The notes beneath the pieces are model-generated. The model was not told the origin of the DNA, made no database searches, and saw only the letters and a program-made list of their open reading frames with translations. From a virus, in the IMG/VR virus record IMGVR_UViG_3300027810_000002, positions 1 through 64,000 of that record: DNA of 64,000 nucleotides. One strand, written 5' to 3'. This document shows positions 1 to 9,623 of the stretch, one piece after another; position 1 is the first letter of the stretch; each line of letters starts with the position of its first letter. The position numbers were made by a program, and so were the translations under genes.

Positions 1-949
1 TTGTACCTGATTCCCAATCAAAATCTACAACTTCTTTGTAGTTATTCATTAATTGAGCTAGCGATTGCTTTGCTCTTGTTTTAGATTTACCACCGACTGG
101 GATGATAAATTTCATTCTATAAGATGAGTTTGTTACAGCCCAGATTACTCTAGTGTGTTCCATAATTCTCATCAAGTTAAATGATCTTACTAAACGTTCT
201 AAGTAACTTACTCTAGATGCTGTGGTAATAGATGAATAAGAAATATAAATGATCTGTGCGTCATATAGGACTCTCTCTTTAACTGGATCGTCCATGAATT
301 GGGTCCATACTTTCTTACCATCATCTTTATTATATCCAGGAACTAGTGTTATTGGATCAATTTCTTTAAATCCAATAATTTCAGTTTGTTCTGGGTTATA
401 GATAATTTCAAATGATAAATAACCATCAACTAAGAATTTTCTAAAATAATACCAAGCTGATTGATCTTGCGTAAATCCAAAATATTGGTAAATATCTCTA
501 AAGGATTTATTTAAGTCTTTCTGTACATCATCACTAACATCCATCCCAATAATTTCAGGATTTACGAAAAAGTTTTTATTGTCATATACAACCGACTCAT
601 CACATAAAATATCTAAGATATCTTCAATTTCATCGTATGTTGAGAATGCTCTTAATTCATCACGCTTACTTTCATAACCTTTATCAAAGAAAGGGATATT
701 CTTACGCATGTTGGTATCTGACATAGAGAGGGCTGCGAAAGCGCCATACATATCATCATTATCCAGACCCATCTGGTTCATCATACCGAAGCCAATTTCA
801 TCCTCCATTGGACCAATTGCTTGCGATTGTCTAAGTACTAAATCGTCATAATACATACCAAAAGAACTTAACTTCTTAAGTTGATCTCTCAGTGTAAATG
901 ATTTTTTATTGTAACTTAAAGGGCCATTTCTATCTACGAATCCTGCCAT
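1..949 (-). CDS. gp20: T4-like portal vertex protein (partial, 3' end runs off the window)
   Basis: Not in the ORF track; translated by hand from ATG at 949 (MAGFVDRNGPLSYNKK...EIEDILDILCDESVVYD...YYFRKFLVDGYLSFEII...SYLERLVRSFNLMRIMEHTRVIWAVTNSSYRMKFIIPVG...). These blocks match T4 gp20. Adjacent to gp2/gp4. Confidence 0.92.
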   Translation of the reverse strand, partial: MAGFVDRNGPLSYNKKSFTLRDQLKKLSSFGMYYDDLVLRQSQAIGPMEDEIGFGMMNQMGLDNDDMYGAFAALSMSDTNMRKNIPFFDKGYESKRDELRAFSTYDEIEDILDILCDESVVYDNKNFFVNPEIIGMDVSDDVQKDLNKSFRDIYQYFGFTQDQSAWYYFRKFLVDGYLSFEIIYNPEQTEIIGFKEIDPITLVPGYNKDDGKKVWTQFMDDPVKERVLYDAQIIYISYSSITTASRVSYLERLVRSFNLMRIMEHTRVIWAVTNSSYRMKFIIPVGGKSKTRAKQSLAQLMNNYKEVVDFDWESGT

Positions 950-990
950 TGTTATTATTTTATTATATTTATTTATATATTCAATTTTTA

Positions 991-1575
991 TTAGCTAAAA
1001 AACAACCTTCTAATATTTGCAATTGTGGTTCCATTTAATTCAATAAAGTCACACAGTGCAATATCAGGCCATTTTGTGTAACTAACTACACTTTGTCTTG
1101 ATTTACCAGTAGGTACATATTGTCTAATTGCAAAATCATAGCCATCTTTTTTAAGATATGATTTTATTCCATCATATGTTATTTTTAATGGAGCTTGTGT
1201 TTTTGCATCATAGTATTTTGAACCTGTTGTTGCGTTTTTAATTTGACCTTCCATTCTATTATATAAGTCATCTAACAATTGTTCTTTAAAATCAACTGGT
1301 AAAAGATTTAAATTAATACCCAGATCGTTTTCACCTTTATGTTCTATTGCTAATACAACCGGGTTTGCATCAAACCAGGGTAGGTTCTGTGTGATAGGTC
1401 TGTAATCAAATACATATATCTTGCCCGGTTCAAATCTGTTTCTTGTTTTCTGAACTTCATTTAAAGATCTAGATTTTGAGCTTTCTTCGAACCAATCCTC
1501 TGCGGTACGGCGAGCCGACTTTCGGCTGCCTGCTTCTTTAATTAATTCTTTTATTTTATTTTTAACGTAACCCAT
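991..1575 (-). CDS. gp2: DNA end protector protein (T4 gp2-like)
   Basis: PGKIYVFDY...LPWFDANPVVL...GINLNLLP...FAIRQY motifs typical of gp2; position next to gp4. Confidence 0.85.
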   Translation of the reverse strand: MGYVKNKIKELIKEAGSRKSARRTAEDWFEESSKSRSLNEVQKTRNRFEPGKIYVFDYRPITQNLPWFDANPVVLAIEHKGENDLGINLNLLPVDFKEQLLDDLYNRMEGQIKNATTGSKYYDAKTQAPLKITYDGIKSYLKKDGYDFAIRQYVPTGKSRQSVVSYTKWPDIALCDFIELNGTTIANIRRLFFS

Positions 1576-2050
1576 TCAATATAGTATCTTCAGTTAAAAC
1601 AATAAATTTGTAATTTCTACCATCACAAAACTCTTTAGCTGCATTATATTTATCCATATTTTTTACATACTGTTCTGCAAGAAATTTATATGATTTAAGT
1701 GCTTTTTTAGAGTTTGTTTTAGGCGGCTGTGGTTTTGTTATCTGTGACTTTGGTTTAATTTCAACAATATACTCTAGCTCTGTACCGTCTTGTTGTATTT
1801 GTTTAAAATAAAAGTCTGGATAATATTTATGGGCCTTTGAATCTTGTCGTGACCAGTATTTAATCTCTACTGGTTCGCTTGACCACTTTAATACTTTGTC
1901 ATTCATATCACACCAAATACAGAACTTACGTTCCCATGAGCTCCTATATATTATCGGAGTAGGGCCTACATATTTTTCAGGAAATATAGGGACATAATAC
2001 CCTTGACTGAATCCTGAGTTCTTTGTTGGTTTGAGATTCTTTATTGACAT
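1562..2050 (-). CDS. gp4: Head completion protein / TnsA-like endonuclease (T4 gp4-like)
   Basis: YRSSWERKFC.WCD...WSSEP...YYPDF...IVEIKP signature of gp4. Confidence 0.92.
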   Translation of the reverse strand: MSIKNLKPTKNSGFSQGYYVPIFPEKYVGPTPIIYRSSWERKFCIWCDMNDKVLKWSSEPVEIKYWSRQDSKAHKYYPDFYFKQIQQDGTELEYIVEIKPKSQITKPQPPKTNSKKALKSYKFLAEQYVKNMDKYNAAKEFCDGRNYKFIVLTEDTILNGLR

Positions 2051-2425
2051 TTATAGCGTATAGATTCCTCCGCCATCTCCATCTCCTCCGCCGTTTCCGC
2101 CGATTGAAATAGTTCCACCGTATTTTTTAGGATGAATCTTGTTCCAGCCTTTTGCGTATCCTCTCTTTGCAATCTCTGTAAAGTATGCAAACGCATTTGG
2201 ATATTTAGGATTAAAGTTTCGCCAGTATTTAAGAAGATCTAACATTGCGAATTGTAAACAATCATTACGATCGTCTTCACTAACGTATCTCATTTTGTTG
2301 ATTGTCTTCTCAGCTAATAGGATTAACATCTTCTCAGCTTCTTTGGTTAGCTTGTCTGCATCTTTGGATAAAACCATTTGTGCATAGAAGTCTTTGTTGT
2401 TTAAATAATTTTTTTTACGAGCCAC
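2051..2425 (-). CDS. gp55: Late-transcription sigma factor (T4 gp55-like, short)
   Basis: NYLNNKDF...NFNPKYPNAFAYFTEIAK motif characteristic of gp55. Confidence 0.88.
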   Translation of the reverse strand: MARKKNYLNNKDFYAQMVLSKDADKLTKEAEKMLILLAEKTINKMRYVSEDDRNDCLQFAMLDLLKYWRNFNPKYPNAFAYFTEIAKRGYAKGWNKIHPKKYGGTISIGGNGGGDGDGGGIYTL

Positions 2426-2449
2426 AGTATTAATTTATATTTGTTTAGA

Positions 2450-2479
2450 TTTATACCGTTAAATGTTGTTTTGTTTCTA
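2450..2479 (-). promoter_or_regulatory. TWGAAAC-N17-TATAA promoter upstream of gp55
   Basis: TAGAAAC-17 nt-TATAAA on the minus strand; same motif and spacing at five other replication-gene leaders. Confidence 0.7.
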
Positions 2480-2482
2480 AAT

Positions 2483-2511
2483 AAAAAAAGAGACCCGCTA
2501 GGATCTCTCTT
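2483..2511 (-). terminator. Rho-independent terminator
   Basis: Minus strand AGAGATCC-TAGC-GGGTCTCT followed by a T-run, downstream of ORF 2536..3288. Confidence 0.7.
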
Positions 2512-2535
2512 TCATGATTGTATAAGGTTTTAAAA

Positions 2536-3288
2536 CTATGCTTGTAATTCAGCAATCTTAGTTTCCCAAACTGAAATTTCTTCGTTAATTAGAGCATCTG
2601 CTGCTTTAATTTCTGAAACCGACTTATCAGCCTCAGCTAATAAACCTCTTTGGTCTTTTAAGAATGAAATCATATCTTTAAAAGAATTAATTGTTGCTTC
2701 ATTTTGTGCAATTTCCTGAGCCTGTCCTGTAACTAATTCACTTAAGAAAGTAGCTGCTGATAAACCAGTTTGTTCGTTTACAAAATCTACCGCTGCATTT
2801 GCATTAGTAGCTTCAAAAAACTTTGATATTCTGTTTGCCGTGTTGAATCTAGAAACATATACTTTTTCTTCGATTTTAAATACATTAACAATATTATCTT
2901 TTCCTTCGAATGTTGCTGCGAAATCTAATTGTACGAAATTCTCTAACATAACTGGTAAAGATTCGAATAACTCTGCGGTTCCTTTATTTTCATATCTCAC
3001 TAATCCACTTGATAATACGTGTTTTGTGAAATTTTCAATAACTGTATCTCCTACTGCGAAAGTAGATTCAGATAAGTTATAAGTAAATTTAGAAGCTCCG
3101 TGAAACCACTTTACTGTATTTGCTGAAAATTCAAAAGATTCAAAAGCTGCAATTGCATTTCCTAAAGTAGAATCAATAGATTCTGTTTCTGTGATTGTAT
3201 TGTCAGTCATTTCAAAAACTCTACCATTAACGTAGAATTTAAAAGAATTTTCTGTTTTTACAAATGGGGCTAAAATATTAGTCGTCAT
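2536..3288 (-). CDS. Hypothetical late protein (C-terminal coiled coil)
   Basis: 250-aa ORF preceded by the GATATATA late motif (3312-3319). Confidence 0.6.
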   Translation of the reverse strand: MTTNILAPFVKTENSFKFYVNGRVFEMTDNTITETESIDSTLGNAIAAFESFEFSANTVKWFHGASKFTYNLSESTFAVGDTVIENFTKHVLSSGLVRYENKGTAELFESLPVMLENFVQLDFAATFEGKDNIVNVFKIEEKVYVSRFNTANRISKFFEATNANAAVDFVNEQTGLSAATFLSELVTGQAQEIAQNEATINSFKDMISFLKDQRGLLAEADKSVSEIKAADALINEEISVWETKIAELQA

Positions 3289-3326
3289 ATTAATTTTGTT
3301 TTTATTTTTATTATATATCTTTTATA

Positions 3327-4118
3327 TTATTTGGTATTTTCGTCAATTACATTAATTTCTCCTGGGGTGTTTTGTGTTTTATCTGATTCCGGAACAATCG
3401 CGGAATTAATTTCAAACATTCTATTACCAGCGTGTCTTTCTGATTCCCAATCAAATGAAGGAATTGAAGTGTTAATTTCTATTGGAAAAGTTATTTTATA
3501 TTTGTCTTTATCTTCAAATGTGTAATCAATTGGTCTTTGTATATCATAATCGTCTGGCATTGCGTAGTATGAATTTAATCGGTACGTTGCCTCGTTTAAA
3601 TGACCAACTTCAACATTAAATGAATTTGATTTATAAAGTCTCTTGATAAGCATCTCAGTCACCTTAAATGCATCCAGTGTAGAGCTAACTAATATTTCAA
3701 CATCTATGCCCAAAGTGACAGGAATCATCTCGAATTCTGCCGAGTAACCTTCCATAGCGCCTTCTTCATTCATTTTAGTATAGGTACCCATGTTTCTTTT
3801 ATTAACTAATTTACCAGAATCGATTGACATTCCTGTTAAACTAACTACTCCACGTGGAACTGCATCATAATTTGCATCCGCAAACGCTTGATCAGGGTGA
3901 CAGTCTACTCCAGTTGTGGTAGTGAATAAGAAATTATCTCGCAGAAACTGATCATCGCCTGTTATTGAGTAATAGAAGGGAATATCAATTGCTACTCTAT
4001 CGTTCTCGTTTAATTGTCTCCAAAAATAAACCTTGTTATTTAAATCAGCCAATAAACCTATGATAACGTGTCTTACTACACTATCGTCTGAATTGTATTT
4101 TAAATTGTAACTTGCCAT
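3327..4118 (-). CDS. Tail sheath stabiliser/terminator (T4 gp15-like)
   Basis: 263 aa with VRHVIIGLLADLNN, IDIPFYY, VPRGVVSLTGMSID and PVTLGIDVEI pattern resembling gp15; late motif upstream. Confidence 0.55.
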   Translation of the reverse strand: MASYNLKYNSDDSVVRHVIIGLLADLNNKVYFWRQLNENDRVAIDIPFYYSITGDDQFLRDNFLFTTTTGVDCHPDQAFADANYDAVPRGVVSLTGMSIDSGKLVNKRNMGTYTKMNEEGAMEGYSAEFEMIPVTLGIDVEILVSSTLDAFKVTEMLIKRLYKSNSFNVEVGHLNEATYRLNSYYAMPDDYDIQRPIDYTFEDKDKYKITFPIEINTSIPSFDWESERHAGNRMFEINSAIVPESDKTQNTPGEINVIDENTK

Positions 4119-4137
4119 ATAAATCTATATATCTATA

Positions 4138-5811
4138 TTATTCTATTGTTTCTATGTCAAATTTAGAAAATCCATTCTCTTTGTATATTTGAATTTTCTT
4201 ATCAAATAATTCATGAGGAAGTACTGAGTGATTTATCACAAATGTATTAATCTTACTCTCTTTGATTACTTGACTTAATATTTTTAAAATATTATGAACT
4301 CCGTCTGCATCAACTGAACTTAATAATTCATCTAAGAAAAGTAGGTTTAATTGTGGAAACCTTAGTTTTAATATTTTAATGATAGCGATAATGATTATAA
4401 AATCTGCTTTTTTACGTTCGCCTGTTGAAAGGGTCATTGGATTAATCTCTTCTCCTAAGTGATTAATAATACAATTAAACTTTTCATCAAATCTTAAATG
4501 AAAGGGTAAGTGCATGGTTTGTGCCATCGCTGCAATATTAGTATTTAAACCAGGTAGTATTGTTTTAATTGCAAGATTCTTAACACCATCTTCACCTAAT
4601 ATCTCTTCTAAATTCTCTAAAAAATAATATTCACTATTAACTATTGATTTAGACTTTGTCTTTTCGTTCTCTTGTGTTTCAAACCCATCTATTAAAGATT
4701 GCATATGGGCGAAGCTATCCCCGTTATTTAAAGAGTCTTTTATCTTTATTAGTTCTCCTTTAAGATTTCTAATATTTGTATTAATAACTGAAACTTTATC
4801 TCTAACTGCTCGATCTTTACTTCGAAGAGATATCATGTCTTCTTCGATTTGAACAACCTTTGCTTTTTCTAAAGCAATTTTAGATGGTAGAGTTTCGATA
4901 TTGTTTTCTATATCTGTTTTACGATCGTTGTGAAATTCTGTTGATAGTTCTCCTTCACACGTCGGGCAGGTGTTATTTTCATAAAGGCTTAATTTCCGAG
5001 TGAGAGCCGCTAACTCATATACCAGTTTTGTTTTATCATCATTAGTAGATTTTAAATCTATAGTAACTTTTGATAAACTATCAGAAATAGTATTTTGTGC
5101 TTCTTCTAGTTTGGTTTTATTAGCAGTATATCTAACTAGAGAATCTTTTAACTCTTGGATTTTAGCCTTGTCTTTTTCATTAGACTCTGCCATTAATTCG
5201 TTTAACTTCATATTAACTGAAGTAATGTTTTCGTTTAGCTGTGTAAGTTCTCTTTCATATACATCTAAATCAACCTTCAAGCTTTTACGCTCTTCTTTAA
5301 TATTTTGTTGCATTTCATTTAAAATAGAAAAGCCAAACATTCTATCAATGATCTGTTTTTTATCGTTGTTTGTCATTGTTAAAAATGACTTAAAATCATT
5401 TACCGATAGGATAATGATATTTTTAAATACATGATATGGGATGCCAAAGATTTCTTCTTCTAAATATTCTTGAACTGACCTTTTACCTGCTTTATCAAAT
5501 TCAATCCCGTTAAGCTTAACTTCAAATTTACTGGGGGCCAATCCTCTTTCAATAGATACTTCTGTAGTTTTACATTGTAGATTAATTTTTACCCAAAGTT
5601 CTTTGTTAATACGATTAGGCAAGTCTGCCATCTTCACACCTTCAACTTTACCATATAGCGCAAACACAATAGCATTTGCAATCGTAGTTTTACCATGGCC
5701 GTTTTTACCAAGTGTTAGGAATAATTCTGAATTGTCTTCTTCGAATTCTAATCTTTGTATTGAATTTCCATAACTTGCAAAATTCTTAAACTCTATAGAT
5801 TGTATTCTCAT
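4138..5811 (-). CDS. gp46: Recombination endonuclease ATPase subunit (SbcC/Rad50-like)
   Basis: Walker A GKNGHGKT, zinc hook CPTC, signature LSTGE, Walker B LFLDE. Confidence 0.95.
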   Translation of the reverse strand: MRIQSIEFKNFASYGNSIQRLEFEEDNSELFLTLGKNGHGKTTIANAIVFALYGKVEGVKMADLPNRINKELWVKINLQCKTTEVSIERGLAPSKFEVKLNGIEFDKAGKRSVQEYLEEEIFGIPYHVFKNIIILSVNDFKSFLTMTNNDKKQIIDRMFGFSILNEMQQNIKEERKSLKVDLDVYERELTQLNENITSVNMKLNELMAESNEKDKAKIQELKDSLVRYTANKTKLEEAQNTISDSLSKVTIDLKSTNDDKTKLVYELAALTRKLSLYENNTCPTCEGELSTEFHNDRKTDIENNIETLPSKIALEKAKVVQIEEDMISLRSKDRAVRDKVSVINTNIRNLKGELIKIKDSLNNGDSFAHMQSLIDGFETQENEKTKSKSIVNSEYYFLENLEEILGEDGVKNLAIKTILPGLNTNIAAMAQTMHLPFHLRFDEKFNCIINHLGEEINPMTLSTGERKKADFIIIIAIIKILKLRFPQLNLLFLDELLSSVDADGVHNILKILSQVIKESKINTFVINHSVLPHELFDKKIQIYKENGFSKFDIETIE

Positions 5812-6923
5812 ATTTCACTATCATAATTATATGCACATAAATCATGCAGTCTTTTTATTCTATCTTTGATTTGTCCTTTTGTTTCATCATCCTTAGGCAT
5901 TCCATCAATATACATATTACATAGATGTAGAATGTTATAGTTCTTATACATATCTTCGATCTCTTCCATGTCGTACATGTCTTTATCGATAAAAGTATCT
6001 TGTTCGTATATGTTTGGTTCTATCTTTCTACCTACATTTTGGATTTGGTTGATAAATTTAGAAAGTGAATTACTTGCAGCAACGTGAGAAGGTACAAACA
6101 GATCAACAAAATTATTTTCAATCTGCTCTTTAAATTCACCCAAGGTAACATTGTAAAGACTTGTAAGATACGTTTTCACAAACTTTGGTGATCTATCATT
6201 CTCGAAGAAAGTTTCGCTCATGTCACTTAAATCAATTAGGTCAAATCCTTTTGCGTTGTTTGCGTCAGATCTTGTTAATTGATATGGAACACCAACCATT
6301 CTTAATTTACCTTTATTTTGTCTATAGTGAATATGTCCAGACCAAACTCCATCAAAATTATCATATGAATTTGCTTCAACTCCGTGTAAATTAGTAACCT
6401 TTGAATTTAGTTTAATTCCACGAACCTCTGAATGACAAAATACCATATTTGCCTGAGGATATTCTGCAAGGGTTTCAACTTCATGTTCTGTATCTCTTCT
6501 CCAAGGCATTAACAATACCTTCTTTTCTCCCCAATTAAAAAGCTTAGGTTCTTTATAGATCTGAACATTTGGAATCCACTTTAAACTATCAATTGAAGTG
6601 ACATCATTACTTTTCTTAGCCCAGATATCATGGTTTCCGCAAATAATATGTGTTGGTAGAATTTCACCTAATCTTTCAAATAGATTCACAGCATAATTTA
6701 ATACTTTTAAATTTATACTTTGTCTATTATCGAATGCGTCTCCGACCTGAATTAATATATCTCCGGGTCTAACTTTTTCTTTTAGGGTTGGGATAAATAC
6801 GTTTTCATAGAAATCCTTTTGGATCTCTAACCATTCCATTGAATTTGATCTGATACCTAAGTGCATATCACCTAAAACCCAGATCCGTTTCACGGGATTC
6901 TTTAAGATTTTATTGTCAATCAT
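5808..6923 (-). CDS. gp47: Recombination endonuclease nuclease subunit (Mre11/SbcD-like)
   Basis: Metallophosphoesterase motifs GDMHLG, GDAFD, GNHD, SGHIH; overlaps gp46. Confidence 0.95.
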   Translation of the reverse strand: MIDNKILKNPVKRIWVLGDMHLGIRSNSMEWLEIQKDFYENVFIPTLKEKVRPGDILIQVGDAFDNRQSINLKVLNYAVNLFERLGEILPTHIICGNHDIWAKKSNDVTSIDSLKWIPNVQIYKEPKLFNWGEKKVLLMPWRRDTEHEVETLAEYPQANMVFCHSEVRGIKLNSKVTNLHGVEANSYDNFDGVWSGHIHYRQNKGKLRMVGVPYQLTRSDANNAKGFDLIDLSDMSETFFENDRSPKFVKTYLTSLYNVTLGEFKEQIENNFVDLFVPSHVAASNSLSKFINQIQNVGRKIEPNIYEQDTFIDKDMYDMEEIEDMYKNYNILHLCNMYIDGMPKDDETKGQIKDRIKRLHDLCAYNYDSEI

Positions 6924-6924
6924 A

Positions 6925-7377
6925 TTAAAACAATCTATTGATATTCTTCTTTTGTAGTATATTTGTTCGAGCGTCTAGCTCTTCAATTAATTCTTCTTTA
7001 AATTTGTTTCCAAGTGATTGATAAAATCGAGTAGGGTTTACATTAAAGTAGTCACACATTTCTGAAAATATATCAACTAGAGAATGTGATGCTCTTGTTT
7101 CATCCGATATAAATTCATACACTTCATTAATATCTATTTTGTTTAATTTAACAGTTTGGTGGAATTCATCAATCTTATTAAATTTCTTAAATCTAGAGTT
7201 TATGATTAAAGAATGTATTTCATCTGCTATTAATTTAGTTTCAATCTTGTCTTCTTCAGATCGATTGTCAACTACTCTTGGTGAGAGAGCGAAAGACATC
7301 GATGTGTCATACTCGTATTCTGTTTCTTCGAACGTGTTATCGAATATTTTATCTCTTTTTGTTCTTCCTGTTGACAT
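6925..7377 (-). CDS. Possible late-promoter co-activator (T4 gp33-like)
   Basis: C-terminal half (SLVDIFSEMCDYFNVNPTRFYQSLGNKFKEELIEEL) resembles the gp33 helical pattern; ends in a hydrophobic clamp-binding-like tail (INRLF). Confidence 0.4.
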   Translation of the reverse strand: MSTGRTKRDKIFDNTFEETEYEYDTSMSFALSPRVVDNRSEEDKIETKLIADEIHSLIINSRFKKFNKIDEFHQTVKLNKIDINEVYEFISDETRASHSLVDIFSEMCDYFNVNPTRFYQSLGNKFKEELIEELDARTNILQKKNINRLF

Positions 7378-8690
7378 TATAAACTGTGTATATTTGAGTT
7401 TGTTGTTTCATCGGTTTCTGTAAGTCTCATGTAATTATAATTAATATCTAATTTACATTTAGTTCCTTTACCTTCACCGTCCCTGATTTTCAGGATTTTT
7501 AACCAATATTCATAACTAGATCGCATTAAGTCATCTTGTATAATACCTAACATCATATCTGCAGTGTGTGATAGGCCTGCAGATTCTGCAACGTCTCCCA
7601 TTCCAATATCACTGGAGTTATAGTTATTTCTATTAATCTGAGTTGCCGTTACGATTAACCAACCGTTACGTGTTCCCATTGCTCTTAAATCTTCGGCAAT
7701 TTGCTTAATCTTTAAGTATGTGTTTTCACTGTTTGGATTTCTAAAATTTGCTAAGATGTTAATGTAATCAATTACAATTGCACCTAATTTAATCTTTCTT
7801 TCCTCTTCAATTTGTTTTAAATAAGCTTCTATATCGGTAACAGTCGCTTGAGATGTTGGGAATTGTTTAATGAATAGCTGGCCTGGAGGCGTTAATCCAT
7901 TTCCGACTGTTTCAAGCTTTCTTTTCATTAGATCCTGGTTCTTTGCCTTTTCATCATAGTCATTCATTTGAATACTTAAAAGGTTTGCACCGATTCTTTT
8001 TAATACCTTTGGAGCTGACATTTCAGCAGAGATAAAAGCCGTATTAACTCCCATCTTTACGAAATTAGCAGCATCGTTTGCTAAAAAGATTGATTTACCA
8101 ATATTCTGTTCTCCGACATAAACTACTAAGGAACCGTCTTTATCATAACCTCCGTTAAGTACCCGATCAAGGAAGTTATATCCTGAACTTACTTTAACTC
8201 GATCTTCGCTATAGTGATCTTCTGCATTAAAAAAATCTAATCCGATATCTGAATTAAATACAATCGAATTTCTATCGTTGATTAAAGTCTTTACCTTTGA
8301 TACAATACTATCTACATTTTCTGGAGTAACTTCTGTTGTTTTTACATATTCAATAGTGTCCATTAAGGTACTATTGAAATTACTCCACTTAATCCATGCC
8401 TCCGTAGTTTGAGTTAACCACTCTTCTTCGTATTGTACTAAATCTACCTTATATACTAATTCTATAACTCCTTCATCGATCTTTCCTTTAACTTTAGGAG
8501 ATCCTGCTAATGAAAGCATTTGTGCTAGCGTTGGAGTTTCATGAAATTTAGAATGAAATTTATGAGCTAATGTATGCAATAATGCAATATCTTCTGACGT
8601 ATAGAATGATCTATCAATCGTCTCAAAGTATTTAGGTTTAGAAAGAGAAAGTTTAAAAAATATCTTTTCTTTATCAGCTTCGAATTTCAT
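7377..8690 (-). CDS. gp41: Replicative DNA helicase (DnaB family)
   Basis: Walker A GEQNIGKS, FISAEM, IVIDYINI, TATQINR, AESAGL motifs. Confidence 0.95.
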   Translation of the reverse strand: MKFEADKEKIFFKLSLSKPKYFETIDRSFYTSEDIALLHTLAHKFHSKFHETPTLAQMLSLAGSPKVKGKIDEGVIELVYKVDLVQYEEEWLTQTTEAWIKWSNFNSTLMDTIEYVKTTEVTPENVDSIVSKVKTLINDRNSIVFNSDIGLDFFNAEDHYSEDRVKVSSGYNFLDRVLNGGYDKDGSLVVYVGEQNIGKSIFLANDAANFVKMGVNTAFISAEMSAPKVLKRIGANLLSIQMNDYDEKAKNQDLMKRKLETVGNGLTPPGQLFIKQFPTSQATVTDIEAYLKQIEEERKIKLGAIVIDYINILANFRNPNSENTYLKIKQIAEDLRAMGTRNGWLIVTATQINRNNYNSSDIGMGDVAESAGLSHTADMMLGIIQDDLMRSSYEYWLKILKIRDGEGKGTKCKLDINYNYMRLTETDETTNSNIHSL

Positions 8691-8710
8691 ATTTGTTGTT
8701 TTGTATACAA

Positions 8711-8740
8711 GTTATATTGATATAACTCAGTTAGTTTCAA
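8711..8740 (-). promoter_or_regulatory. TWGAAAC-N17-TATAA promoter upstream of gp41
   Basis: TTGAAAC-17 nt-TATAAC. Confidence 0.65.
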
Positions 8741-8742
8741 TC

Positions 8743-9315
8743 TTATTCTAGGATAATATGACCTTGTCCGACTGACCATGGTTCTTCAGCCCATGCATTA
8801 ATCGCGATAGCTCCTCTGATACCTGATGTTACTTTATCAACGCCATGTACAACCGAACCTGGGTTAAATATAACTAATCTGTTTGGTTTGGTTTTAATTA
8901 CCTCCGGAGATTTTCCCTCTCCATCAGTATAGATATGTAAATCTCCTCCTTCGAATTCAAAACCAGCAGGATAATAAACACAGCCTAAAACTGGGAACAT
9001 TCTTTGACCTTTCTTTTCTCTAAGCATAACGTCATCGTCTAAGTGTAGTTCTAAGAAATTTCTACGACCATCTTGATCTGCTCTTTGAATTCCGGTCCAG
9101 TGTTCGAATCCGTCTAATTGCATATTTAATTGAACAGGTAGCTGATCGTTCCAGATATACTTTATTAGTTTTTGTTTAACTGTTTTTGGTTCGTTACTCC
9201 ACCATCCTTTCCAATATGTATATTGGCCGGTTGGATAGAAGAAAGCATCTCCTTGATCTGCTATCTCTTTTAATAGGGTTTCATCTTTTATGAAATCGTC
9301 AAATACTGCTATCAT
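8743..9315 (-). CDS. 2OG-Fe(II) oxygenase (prolyl-hydroxylase-like)
   Basis: HxD (LHLDDD), GGDLHI, NRLVIF, distal His (VHGV) and Arg (RGAIAIN). Confidence 0.85.
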   Translation of the reverse strand: MIAVFDDFIKDETLLKEIADQGDAFFYPTGQYTYWKGWWSNEPKTVKQKLIKYIWNDQLPVQLNMQLDGFEHWTGIQRADQDGRRNFLELHLDDDVMLREKKGQRMFPVLGCVYYPAGFEFEGGDLHIYTDGEGKSPEVIKTKPNRLVIFNPGSVVHGVDKVTSGIRGAIAINAWAEEPWSVGQGHIILE

Positions 9316-9623
9316 TTGTATGGGTTTATTTTTATTTCGTATGTTTCTTTTCCTTCTTCGAATTTGATTTGCTCTAACAAACCTAATTGAATGCCTCTTT
9401 TTAATCCTTCGGCTGCGTTCTCTACATTACCTTTACTATGATATTTCATTAAAGCATGTTGTGTGAATGTTTCCTTCTGTCGAGAGGGATTCTTTACAGC
9501 TTCGGTAATGAATATGTATAGTATATCGAAAGCATCAGGAAAAGCTTCTAACTTATCCTGGATGCCTAAGATATATTTTATTGGTAATTTATCTTCGTTG
9601 ATTGTGTAAACGTCGGCTTTCAT
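9312..9623 (-). CDS. Hypothetical protein (possible winged helix)
   Basis: 103-aa ORF translationally coupled between uvsX and the oxygenase. Confidence 0.5.
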   Translation of the reverse strand: MKADVYTINEDKLPIKYILGIQDKLEAFPDAFDILYIFITEAVKNPSRQKETFTQHALMKYHSKGNVENAAEGLKRGIQLGLLEQIKFEEGKETYEIKINPYK